Shown one piece after another: positions 10,778-23,300 of a stretch of 64,000 bases of DNA. The notes beneath the pieces are model-generated. The model did no database searches, had not been told where the DNA came from, and saw nothing but the letters and a program-made list of their open reading frames with translations. A program made the position numbers and the translations under genes. Numbering within the stretch: the stretch's first letter is position 1; the number at the start of each line of letters is the position of its first letter. This DNA comes from Takakia lepidozioides (Eukaryota; Plantae; Bryophyta), in the NCBI GenBank assembly GCA_030704615.1, contig CM060732.1, positions 35,588,001 through 35,652,000 of the forward strand, read 5' to 3'.

Positions 10778-11605
10778 GCTCACAGTGCAGAAGGCTCTGA
10801 GGGTAGGATACTACTGGCCCTCCATGTTCAAAGATGCGCACATGCATGTGCGAAAATGCGACTCTTGTCAAAGGTACGCCAAGCGAAATAACAGGCTCGG
10901 AATGTCGTTAGTCCCACTCTCCCCCTTGCTCCGTTTGAGAAGTGGGGGATCGACTATGTAGGGGAAGTGCACCCTGCATCGAGTCGACAAAATCGCTACA
11001 TCATTATAGCCACTGAGTATCTGACCAAGTGGGCAGAAGCCAAAGCGGTTAAGAAAGCCAACGCAAAGGTAACCGCCTCTTTCATTTATGAATATATCAT
11101 TTCCCGATTCGGATGCTCAAAAGAGATAGTGAGTGACAGAGGATCTCACTTCATCAACGACATCATCGAGGAAATGATGGTGGCATTCTCCATCAAGCAT
11201 CACAATGCGACCCCTTATCATCCACAAACGAGTGGGCAGGTGGAGCGCGCCAACCAAACCCTATGCAACATTCTCTCCAAGACAATCAGGGAGCACAAAA
11301 AGGATTGGGACACCAAGTTAATTTCGGCCTTGTGGGCATTTCGCACAACCCATAAGGTAACTACTCGACATACCCCCTTTTCATTGGTTTATGGGGTAGA
11401 GTTCATCATGCCAATCGAGACATAAATCCTATCTCTACGATTGGCCATTACCGAACGATTGGCGACAATCAGAGTCATTAAAGGAACGATTCGAGATGTT
11501 GGAAGGACTGGATGAAATCCGGCAAGCAGCAGCTCAGCACATTGAGGTAGTGCAATGGCGAAGGAATGCTCGCTTCGATTCTAAGCGCAAAAAGAGAATC
11601 TTTGA
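10778..11605 (+). pseudogene. Ty3/Gypsy integrase fragment
   Basis: GYYWPSMFKDAHMHVRKCDSCQR zinc-binding part; EYLTKWAEA, SDRGSHF, YHPQTSGQVERAN core motifs. Confidence 0.9.
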
Positions 11606-12682
11606 TCCATGGATTGTTTCTTTGGAGCCACCAACAATGCTACCCAACACACCTGGGAGGGTAGGGCTTTGCACCATGGCAATTGTGAGATTATACCGTT
11701 GGCCTAGACCTCAAATATCAAGTCCCAAAGAAAAAGTGAGAAAAAATTTGGTTTGACCAAATTAAAACCTAGCTTTATCCAATTTTGCTTGCCTCAAGAC
11801 CCACCATTTCCAAATCAAAAGTGGAGTGGCTGTGACCCCATTAAATTGCAGGTCCAAGGGTTTAGGGTTGAGGGTGGTCAACAAAGGCTTGCAAAGGTAA
11901 CAAAAAAGTATAAAAAATACTAGAAAAAGACACAGTAAATTTTAAGGGGGGCCGGTTCGGACCCAAATACAAATGCAATGGAAACCAAGACAAATGCATA
12001 CAAAGTGCGCCTATCGTGCCTAAAGGGATGCTATAAGACTATTATGTCTTATGCAAGGACTCCCGCCCTCACGAGATAAGGTTCTCTAATTGAAGAATGA
12101 GGCACTTTCGCTCTAACCGTAAGCTTTTTTTATGTTTGCTTCTCCTTGTTTAGTGACAAAAATCTTGCTCACTATGGGCAAGCATGCGCTCAAGGCACTC
12201 ACAAACATAGGGTCAAGTCTCAACCCCTAGTTGGAAAACTTATATGCCCCACCTTCAAAAAGAGGTTCGTACCTCTAAGGAAGAATGGGAGGGATTACCG
12301 CATAAGGTCATCGACGAGAAGGTTAGGTCGGCAGAGGCTTGCGCATGCCCATAGTCCTCTGATCGCTCGAGATGAACTCGAGGGAGGATCAACCAAGTCC
12401 GTTCCGACAGGGGGAACCGTGTAGTCAGGGCTAAATTAGCTTGCCCGGCACGATTACCATATACCCCCAGCCACCCTCCCCATTGTAAGCGGTGGCTAAG
12501 ATGGCGTCAAACGGAAGGCTCTATACGCCCGTGCTTCGGAAAGAAAAAAGGCCTCGGAAGTATCCAAGGGTTGGGATTCCCCTTGGAGCCGAGCACCCCT
12601 TCGATCCAAGTTGCCCGGGCGGGCAAGGACTAGACTCTCGACTTCTCTAAGTGTGGAGACACAAAAAGAGTTAAGGTGTTTT

Positions 12683-12727
12683 ATTCCAAACAAGTTCACT
12701 TGATTGCTCAAGCTCATCAGTGAAACA
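12683..12727 (-). ncRNA. Degenerate minimal hammerhead ribozyme
   Basis: GUUUCA-CUGAUGA-GCUUGA(GCAA)UCAAGU-GAAC-UUGUU-UGGAAU; one A of GAAA missing; same position relative to the RT stop as in family A. Confidence 0.65.
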
Positions 12728-12970
12728 CCAAGAGATGAAATCCTAAGTGCCAAGCCTATCCTTATATACTAGAAAAGCACCCTCACTATGTGCAAACGAT
12801 ATGGGATAATTCCCAAGGCAATAATAATGCCACTAAAGCACTAATTTAGCCTCCAAGTCAAGACTGCTCAATGGTCCAAATTAACTGTTGGAACCCTTTG
12901 ACTTTAACATCAATACTAGGGCTATCAAAGAGGCAAAATTAATAATGCTAGGGACATTTGTACTAAAAAA

Positions 12971-13556
12971 TCATCCTATCATTCTAGATTTAACTAGAAA
13001 TGAACTCAGCTTTCGCGGATTCCTCCAACAAATCATCGCTCGAGGAAGAAACCGAAGCTCCGGGACTTGCTGAAGCAACTCGTGGAGTCTAGGGTTTAGG
13101 GTGGCCCCCAAGTTCAAGGCTCAAGTGTACGAAGAGTAGTCGAGCTTAAGAACAAGGGGGGCCCGTTTACCCTCAACTGCGCGTTGCGTCTGTTGGTCGA
13201 GTAGAGCGGATCTGAGGTCGTAGGAGATCTTGGTGAAGCAACTCCGGATGAACGCCGCCGAATAACCTTGGGCTCGAAGACGTTTGTAAAACAAAAGTCG
13301 CAAATGGTTGAACCCTTGGATGGTGCTTTCTCGTATTACGTACCGTTGGAGCTCGCCGATGACGAAAGCTTTCTTTTGGTGATGTGGATGCCACGAGGAC
13401 CAAGGCAAGTATTGATATTTGTTCTGGACCTTTTGATGACATCTAGTAGAGAGCTGTCGAGTTTGGATGAAGTCGTCTCCTTTGAAGAAGGTGATATCCA
13501 AGATGTCGGCGGACGTCGGGCTTATGGCGGTCGTGATTTTGATGCCATCGAACATG
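12971..13556 (-). pseudogene. PLE RT, C-terminal segment (piece 3)
   Basis: DILDITFFKG, YQYLPWSSWHPHHQKK, FYKRLRAQGY; reading through the TGA at 13121 gives ALNLGATLNPRLHELL...MICWRN, homologous to the end of ORF 1377-2129. Confidence 0.9.
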
Positions 13557-14284
13557 CACTAGAAGAAAAAACGGCTTTTTCCACGGCTCTGCCATCTCAC
13601 ACCTGGCACATTCCACGGCTTTTATCACGGGTCTGTACACTAAGCCAAGGTGTGGGTCTAAATATGCCCTAACTGTGGGGTGTCTCACATGTGGTCCACA
13701 CCCCAGGCAAGAACGGTGTGAAAACAGCCATGAGCGTGGCAGGGGTTGGCTTAGTTTACATGGCATGTTACACACCTGTGTGAAATGGGAACATACAATT
13801 AACAAAAAACACAAGAAATGGGAACATACACAAGAAGGAGCCTGTGGCCTACTTTTGGTGCTTTGCAAATTGCAATAAGAGGCTCCGATCTGTTGGCAAG
13901 AAGTACTCGTTGCTCCACGATTACTCCCTGTGGTACACATTGACTGGCCTTCCATGCCCTCTCGGATGAGCACGATGTCATGGTGATCATGGATCGAGGT
14001 GAGCGAGGATATACATAGTGTCATTGACATACATCGCAATGTAGATTCATGCAAAGTAGCTTCCCGCAATCGTCTCATGCATGACGTTTTTGCTTCAGTT
14101 TTCAGCGTTGGTACTTGTGACGGTGTGATGGTTTGGGGTGAAGCAGTAGCAATGCAGAGACTATCCACATTTCAGCCTGCGTACATTATCCTTTTGGGTT
14201 TTGCCTCAAGTTTATGTACTTAACTGGCCTCTCCTGTCAAAAACTGAGTGTCCCCTGTACGACGTTCAGCTTGCCTCTTGTTAT

Positions 14285-15250
14285 CTACTTCTCAGACCTT
14301 TCAACCATACTGCTTATGAATCTGTAATACTTTTGTTTCATGTGTGGTGCAACAACTTGGTAATGGGCAGTAAAATTACAAGTGCACATGTGGTGATGTC
14401 CACATTCAGAACAAATAACAGCACATCTGGATGGTTGAAGGCATAGCGCCCATGAGCTTCCAGCTCTAGCAAGAAAGAGTTTTATTTTCGGAAGGACCAA
14501 ATAATGTGGGGGGTTGCAAATCCATGCAAAGTACACACCCATAATGTGGACTGGTAATTGGTGTCTATAACACATAATGGTCTTTGGATTGCTCACCTCA
14601 AGCCCCCCATACAAAGTATGTATGTTTTTCAAAGAAAGGTCATCTCTACAATTCCAACTCGCAATCATGACAAAGCGGGGTGGTACATGCAGAGGGATGA
14701 AGCACCGAATCTCACAAACATGAGAAACAGAGAGAAATCACAAAGCAAAAGATCAACTTTGGCTATATATGAATCTGGAATCTCCATGATTCTGAATTCA
14801 TGGGTTCTGAGGTGCCACATACCTTCTTGTGATTCATGAACATTCTCCTCCACCATCACATTGCCTCTAAATTGAGCAATGATAGAAGCCTCATCCCTGT
14901 CACAGTGAGGGTTTTTAAACAAGCCAAAAATAGAGTAACCGTGGAACGAGCCCTCTCTATGAGTAAGTCAAAGCCATCATAAATAGGGCCACATACTGTC
15001 ATGTGCGGAGGAATTGAACCTGTAGCCAACTGAATGGCTCTGCCCCATGCATGGCTCTGCCCATGTGACCTGCAAGCACACAGTCAAAAAAGTGGGGGTT
15101 TACGAACTTGCCAAATCCCAAGCATGAACAGAGGGGTCCCATTAGTGGGGAAGACATGTGAATCAGCATCCACAGTTGCAATGCCCATCAGATCCAACAT
15201 GTGACTTGTTGTGCAGATTGTCCCCCGACTGCACCAAACCAGAACAAACA
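14285..15250 (-). pseudogene. Putative multi-exon cargo gene of unknown function inside the CACTA
   Basis: Open frames bounded by plausible GT-AG sites (e.g. LFMLGIWQ|gt, VHESQE|gtatg); in-frame stops; no recognised domain. Confidence 0.3.
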
Positions 15251-15814
15251 TTATAAAGAAGTACATCCCCAACACATTGCACCCAACCCCCACAATCTGA
15301 ACACAGGGAAAATAGAGAGGGGGAGGGAGGAGCAGAGGCATCAGAATTCAGTTCGTAGCTAGAGAGTAAGTAAGGCATGGATGTGGGCAGGGGGGCAGAT
15401 AGTAGAGAGGTGGAGTAACAACTGAAGCAACACAAAATGCACACATGACGCTACTGCCCTTTTACCAGGAATCATCTTCCTCGCTGCTACATTCACAGGG
15501 AAAATAACCGCAACAAGTGGATGCTGCAGCACAGGATGTCCGCTGATTTGGGACTCAAAATGCGCCTCAGTGTGCCACTCAAAATGTCATATAATGCATA
15601 TGTCATTTTACCAGGCCAGTTGCTGAAGCACAGGGTGTCCAGTGATTTGGAACTGAAAATGTCACTCAGTGTGTCAGTTAAAATGTCAACATGACGCTAT
15701 TGTCCTTTTACCAGATGTAGTCATCTTCATCGCTACTACTTTCACTACACTCATGGTCAGTGTTGCAATCCTCACTATCTCGGTGCCATGGTTCGTCCCT
15801 TCGTGGGGGCCTCA

Positions 15815-18800
15815 TCATAGCAATATAGCCATCTCAACTTCGGTAAGGGTCGTTGAAGGTCCAAATTCTGTGTTGGGATTCACATCCTCCAATGCCTTCG
15901 CCACTTGCATCCTTACGCATGACTCATTCTCACCCAAGCTGACACCAGTGACATCATGTACCACGCGCCGTGAGCGCGGCTCCTTCTGAAGTACTACTTT
16001 CCAGTTACCAGCGTTGGAGGGCTCATCTGCAAAAAAAACTTGCTCGACTTGCCATGGAAATGTGAATGGTTCATCTCCCGGTGGCAACATGTGATCGAAG
16101 TCCACGAGTAGGAAACCATGCTCATCCTTCTTCATGGTGCGGTTGCGACCTGTCAAGCTTGCTCTGACCCATTCACATATGAATACTACAAGAGTGACAG
16201 CACCATACTGAAGCTGTAAAATTTCATGAACAACACCAACATATTGCAGCTGGTTCATGACAGGGTTACCATCCACACCCCTTCCCGTTGACTCTTCGGC
16301 AAAAATCTGTGCAACCCCAGAGTCGAATGTGACATGGTAATCAACCACACCTGTTTCCACCACTCTGTAGTGATTTCCGTATGCCCACATAGACCGAAAT
16401 GAACGAGCAACAAACCCTGGTGGCTTACACAGATGATGAATATTTGCATCATACGCTGCTCCTCTTGAAACAACATTTTGTACTGCCGACTGTATCCACA
16501 TATGAAAAGCAGGCAAAGGCAACATCTTTTCGGGGTATGGAACGGTGCGTTGGTGTGCATTTCTCCCTTGGGTGGTGTATGTGGCTCGAAATTCGGCTCT
16601 GGCTGATTCTATGGTGGCCTTCTCAATATCATAAAGTCTAGTCATACTCAATTCACACTTAGTCAGGACCATAGTATGTACAAAGAGGCTGAGTGAAAAT
16701 TGAGAATGCGCCAATTTTGTGTCCGGAAATGGCCCCCAGAGTTAGCATGTGAAGCCAAATAAATGATGTATACTTACCTCAGAAACGGTCTCATGCACGC
16801 CGTGTTGTGAAGCACATAGTCGTGTGCACTAGCCCGAAGCTCAGCCGACAGTTTCCTTGGAGTTCCAAAGCCCTCTAATATTTCTCCCGCAACACTTTCT
16901 TCTTTGTTGCAATCCCAGACCCTTCTATGAGTTTCTGGAAATGCAGCCATGTACTCTGTGAGGAGGCCAAGAGCCTCATCAAGAGAATACCTCCTGGCCA
17001 TGCAACCTTCTGGCCGGGCATAGCTCTTCACATATCCCTTCAAATTTTTCATGTACCTCTTGATGGGGTACATCCAACGCGAACTAACAGGACCACAAAC
17101 CTCCAATTCATTCACAAGGTGTAGCACAAGGTGGGTCATGAGATCAAAGAATGAGGGGGGAAACTCTTTCTCCAACAAACAAAGCGTTACAACCACATCC
17201 TCCTTCAGGGCTGGTAGTTCCTCGGGATCCACTGTTTTCATGCACAATGGTAGTCATGACTCTTCATGTGTGAAAGCTTGTTCTTAGCAATATGCTGCTT
17301 AAATGAAGCACCATACCCTGTCAGTGTCTTTAGAGCACCCAAAGTTGCATAGAAGGTAGTAGTTTCCTGTCGATTCAACACGTAAGGAGCCTGCGGCTTC
17401 ACCAACTTCCTGCCATCTCCGGGGTGGGGTTTTAACCATAAGTGAGGTCGTATGCCCTCATTCTCCATGTCCTTCCTGCTCTTTACTGTGTCCTTTTCCC
17501 CCAATATGGTGCGCAATATGTTTTCAGAAAGGTATATCAACAAATCCTGCAATCATGGAACCACCATCAATATGGTATACTTTGATGGTAAAGCCAAGAG
17601 ATGACATCTTAATAATGGGAAAAAAGAAGAAACCAGCCTTGCATGCTGCAGACAGTATCCAGAGAGACAAAAGCCAGACATTTTCATGGAAACAACCATA
17701 TTGCTGCTACATGTGCCATACATAGGCGACTCCAAACTTGCTTCATGCAATTTGCATTAGGCTGAAATCTAAGTCGTGTGTGTGATCCTTACAACTGTAT
17801 CCATGCAACTATGAAATCAGCCCTGCCGACAAACAAACAATGAAGACATACCCACCTTCCAATATGGCAGGTTCCAAAGGATCGACCTTCGCTTCATGCC
17901 ATGGGATTTGGCAGGGCACACATTCCGGCGACGGCTGCCAAATGTTTCCATGAACCTCTCGTTTTCCTCCGCATTTTGGAGCTGATCCACAGTGGATACT
18001 TGGGGGGGGGGGGGGGGGTGGTCTGTGATCGGAGGCTCCATTGAAGTGGTTGCGATTGCGTCTATATGGATGGCCTGCTGGTAAGAATTTTCTGTGCCCC
18101 TGGTACACCATTTTGCTCAGTGCACTGGAGTGCCTGGCATCAAGATTGGGCCCGCACACGGGACAAGCCTTGTAGCCCCCAACTGCACACCCTGCTAGCA
18201 TGGCATATGCAGGATAGTCATGTACTGACCACATCAGAATGGCTCTCATGACAAAGGTCCTTGATCCTTCATTGCCAGATGCATCATTAGCCCTAACACC
18301 TTCCCACAACATGGTCAGCTCATCCACCAGAGGCTGCAAGAACACATCCGCATTGGTCTTCTTCACGGATGTCGGCCCTGGAATTAAAAGTGTCAACATC
18401 ATAAAAAAAGGCTTTGTGCTCAGCCAAGGAGGAAGGTTGTAGTTCATGAGGAAGACTGGCCACGTAGACCATTTTGTTGATTTATTACCAAAGGGATTGA
18501 TACCATCCCATGCCAGACCTAGTCGCAAGTTGCGAGGTTCAGCTGCAAAAGCAGACCATGTATCGTCAATGTATTTCCATGCAAGGCTGTCAGGCGGGTG
18601 TCTCATCTTCCCATCTTGACTTAGGTTCTCCATGTGCCACACCATAAGCTTAGATATCTCCTTGCACTTGTACATGCGCTGCAGCCGGGGAATCAAGGGG
18701 AAATGCCGCAAGACCTTCTGTGGAACCAACGTCTTCATGCCAGGGATGTACCGAGGCGCCCCACATTTAGGGCAAGATGGTGCATCCTGCAGATCTCCCC

Positions 18801-19758
18801 TGTATAGCACACATCCCTTCTCACAAGCATGGATGCTATCGTAATTAAGCCCAGCTTTTGTTATAAGTTTCTTCACTTCGTAATGAGATTTGGGCAAAAA
18901 GTTCCCTTTAGGCAATAGATGTCCGTGAAAAAGTTTCAGAAGCTCATCCATTGCTGTGTTTGTGACACCATGAGTAGCACTAACATTGAGCAAAAGCAAC
19001 GTCGCACTCAAGCAGCTGGTGGGGCAGCCAACATACAGAGGTGTGGTTGCTTGATGCTGAAATTGGAAAGCAGCACCGTCATCCCCATCCCCATGACTTT
19101 GTCCATCATGATGGCGCTCGTCTTCTCCAAGCCCTTCATCCTCATTAATGGTGCTTTGCACATTATCTGCAACTGCAAATGTTTCCTGCAACATGCGAAT
19201 GATGTCGACGTCGGGGTCTAGATTCTCTCCACCACGAATAGGAATAGGGCTAATCTGTCTTTCCACATCATCCTCAGGGGGGCTACGTTCTTCCACAAAG
19301 TCTTCGTCTTCGGAGTCGACACTCTCCACCTGCATGTTCACCTGCAAACTATAAGAGTATAGTCTTGTCCAAAATGTAACATGTTGCATAAAACAGGGAA
19401 TCTCCAAATTGACCGTGCTAGTTTCCATACAGTGGTCCACCGTACATGTACAGTGGAGGGCCGTTCAACATTACCATTCTAAGGGCTTCATCCTAAGTTA
19501 TGTCTGCGAGAAGTGAGGCGAGAGATGCACGTCACTCACCATGGGATAACCCAACAGTGGATCCCGGTCGTTGGCAAGCAAATGCAATTTGGCAGTTTCC
19601 ACAAATTGGAGTCGACCCCCATAGCAGTCGTTGCAGGGACACATTATCTTTGAAATACCCAGTCTAGTTGCACGTCGTTCCTCGATTTGCCAAAGTCATG
19701 CGTCAGTGTGGGGCACCGCAGTGCGGCGCCGGGTGTTTCTAGTTCCGGCCTCTCTCAT
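15815..19758 (-). pseudogene. CACTA TnpD-type transposase (transposase-associated CPC..C..H, Transposase_21-like core, DUF4218- and DUF4216-like regions), multi-exon, disrupted
   Basis: IMCPCNDC (~19640), LRLGLAWDGINPFG..WSTWPV..YNLPPW, HDYPAY, MKSHDYH, FPPSFFDLMTHLVLHL..GPVSSRWMYP, EPFTFPWQVEQVFF. Confidence 0.92.
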
Positions 19759-20387
19759 CCCCCACGAAACGCTTCTGGGTTTGGCTAGTTTTTGAAGTGG
19801 GAAGTCAGCGAGTGCTCGGATGTGGGGAACCTACGTTTGTGCTTGCAGGCGTTGGAGTATTCGTATGGCGGGTCCACCTCTCCTCTGTTTCCTACATGCG
19901 CTCCTTCTATTGTTTGATCAGTAGCTCATGGTAGTCTTGTTTGAGGTCGATTACTGCGATTTGAGCGACGAGGAGGAACCCGCCATGGCACAGACACGCA
20001 AGGCCTCTACACCCGACACCCCTCCACGCACTGCCTACGGAAAGAGCGAGAGAGACGCATAGCGGCCAACAAGGAGACGTTGGCTCAGCTGAACATTGGG
20101 AGCGTTGCGCGCAGGTGAGCAGATCACCCTTGTCCTTAGTATGCATGCTATACAGGTAGTGAGTAGGGGTTTCCCACCACATTAGCCTACTGCTTTTCCC
20201 TCCCATAGGTTTCATGGTGATGGCACTTTCACGATCACCTTTTGTTTAGGGCAAGATTCACACAGGGTTTTGGAAATGTGTGCGCAGCATAGCTAGGAGT
20301 GTACAACGGCCGACTAAGAGCTCCAAAGTTGTGTGGAACGGGCCTCCTCGACAAAGTGGGTGCTTGAAAGAACTAGAATTACCTTCG

Positions 20388-23300
20388 ATGGCGGAGGAAG
20401 AGCCCGAGACTCCCCAGTCGGTGGGCTCTGAGGCAGAGGAACTCGACGAGTGTGATCAGGAGCTCGATGAGGATTACAACATAGATGACGACGACGATTC
20501 GGAGGAGGAAATGCACGAGGACATAGAGGAGGACGAGGATGGAGATGATGTGGACAAGGTATCGGATTTGGAGAACTACATCAGTGGTGCATGTGGACTG
20601 ACCGAGCCTCCTAATACAACGCATGCTCCGAGGGCACCAAAACGGCCAGCTCCTCTTCCACGAGAGGTAAGTGGGCATTTGCTGTACTGATTTCTTAGGT
20701 TTGTGGCAGGATTTGCATCTTCTTATTTGTTTCTCCTTTTGGTCCCCGCAGTTTTTTCCATTTTCCACTAGCAGGATGAAGCACCACTTTCTTGCCCTCT
20801 ATACCTCATGATACAAGGGTTTATCTACTGTCTATTCCTTGGAACCCAAATCTGTTATTAAAGTCTTCTATACATTTTTCCATTTTGTGCCATGAGAAAT
20901 GCAACTCTGCAGATTGCTGACTCCCTCACAGGAGGTTCAAACTTGTGATGGCCTGTCTTAATACCCAAAAAGCGCAAAGGGGGTTGTGGGAGGGAGGGAC
21001 CTGCATATGTAGGGGGCTGCATATTGTGGTGTCTGCAACAAGAAAGAAATTGTAGTGGGAGAGGAGGAACCCCCAGGAGCACGATGGTAACCGCCTCATC
21101 AGCCAGCCATGTCCGAGAGGGGGCGCTCACGACTCTTCCTCCCCCATCTTCTTGCCCCCTCTATTGTCAAATGTTGATAATATGTGAAGCCATTATCAGC
21201 CATTATCATATTGTACTCTCATTGATATGTACGATGGTCATCGGGGCCAGATTGTGCCTACAAGGGATTCCCCAAAGAACCCCGAAAGAGGGTCAAAACA
21301 TACAAGGAGGACTTTCCCAGTGACGTTTGGCGTGTTCAATGGATCAGACCTAAATGCATTTTGGGTGCGATTTTTGCTGCATTTAGTGTATGTATATTAT
21401 AGAGCGCGTTTTTTGTTGATGTATCCTACATGATGTTCATGCTTTATCTTCCTACATAACTCTTTCCCACATGTTGATTTGCAGGATCCAGTGAGAAAGA
21501 AGAAGGGAGTTGCTCCGGCAGGTGTCTTCAACCATCCCTCCCCACGTCTTCAACCAACCCCGGATGGAGGAGGCCCTCCCTCCTTTCCACGTAACACTGG
21601 TGTGTTTTATCCCCCTGGCATTCAGAGGTATGCACAGTATGAACAACAGACTGCTCATGTTCCAGCCGCCCCTGAAATTCACCCGCCCTTTTCTCAGTTG
21701 TACAATGCAAACAGCCCGTCAGGGGAGAACCGGTCATGTGCAGTTCCGTGTGGGGCATTTCCGCAAACTGGGGAAGCACAACATGCTCCTGTTCAGCATG
21801 GGCACTACCACGAAGGTGTGTGGTACCCTCACCCCAACCCTCCCCCACCTGCGCATCCTCCCCAGGCAACGTATCCCAGAAGCCCCATGTATAGTGCGCC
21901 GTTGCTTGGCCCTTATTCCAGGTAGCCCATAGCTTCACCCAATTGCAACGCTTCGCGGCCTCTTCAATTCCCAAGCTCACCAGCTCCGAGCATAGGTTAT
22001 GTTCCTGCCCACCCCACACCCCACGTTGGTGCGTGGCAGGGTTCATGTCCGCCCGAAGGGCCCCATGTTGCAGGTTGTGAGGGAGGAGAGGAGGCCCGTG
22101 ATTCCAATATGACTCCAGATGCGCAACATTTGACTGGCAAGGACAGAGCCAATTTCTTGAGCAAGGCAAGGAGAGTAGCACGGAGAGGGTTGAAGGAAAC
22201 GTCTTGTGCAAATGTAGCTGTTGGGCAAAAGAGATTCATAGTTGCGTGTGGCAAAAAGGGCCCATGCGGGGATGCACGGAATGACAGGCTGGCAGCCCTG
22301 CGAGGGCAATGCCAACGTGTGTTGGACTGTTCTGTGCCCATCCATCTTCAACCTCAAAGTCTGATTGATGAGGTGGGTGAACTATTAGCAGATGATTGGG
22401 AATATTTACCTCCTGGGATAACTGGCGCCCAACTTCGAACTGAGATTGGAGGCGTCATTAGATACCAGCGCATCAAACTGTTTAGAAAAGTGTACTCCCG
22501 TGGCAAACCTAAGCCCCACTATGTTGCGGACAAGACTTGGGCAGAACTTGTGAGGCATTGGAACACGCCCGAATGGCAAAAGAGTCGTGATAATGGCAAG
22601 CATGCACGGGGGCATGTTGGTGCCCCTTCGAGATCTGGACGCAGTGGCCTTAGCGGCGTTGAGGAACGTCTGGTAAATCTGCTTGTCTCATGACATTGCC
22701 AATATATTCAGGTAGTGAGGTGTCTTGTCATATGTATCTTACTCTTAGAGGATGGCACTAATATTCCCATATCCTGTCCATGTGTAGGCTAAGACAAGTG
22801 GTCGTCCTCCACTTCTATCCAGTTTGATCTATCCAGTTTGATCTGCTTAAATCCCCTCCTCCAAACTGTTTATGTTCTCCTGTCTGGTGCAGGAGCAACT
22901 TACCACGCATGCAAGGCAGGCGGAAGAAGCCTTTTTGGTATGGAGGGTGATTCTGACCTCTACAACACAGTGCTCCTCCCCCTTTTGTCTGGCTCCACTT
23001 CAGGCACACAGACTGATCGGATTCATATTCGAAATGATGACGATCCCGAAGATAAGCAGGTCGACAACGACTTTTCATGTGAGTAAGTGCTAAACCCTCT
23101 TTGGGAGTCATACTCAATTTCTCGATAACATCAAAGTTACAGTAATAACTTTTTCAGGCTGTCTTTCAGGAAAGCCAGCGGTGGATCTTCAGGAGATACA
23201 GTCATTTCTGGCGAGTCTGTTTTCGACAGCCCCCTTTCCAATTTTCTGCTCCCTGTTTATGCCGAAGCAATGGCACTTCACGCGTCCGAGTCCCTATCCC

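Noticed and set aside
9300-10891. Several long ORFs (e.g. 9556-10500, 10274-10891)
   Set aside because: Translations of the GC-rich 95-bp tandem repeat, open in many frames on both strands
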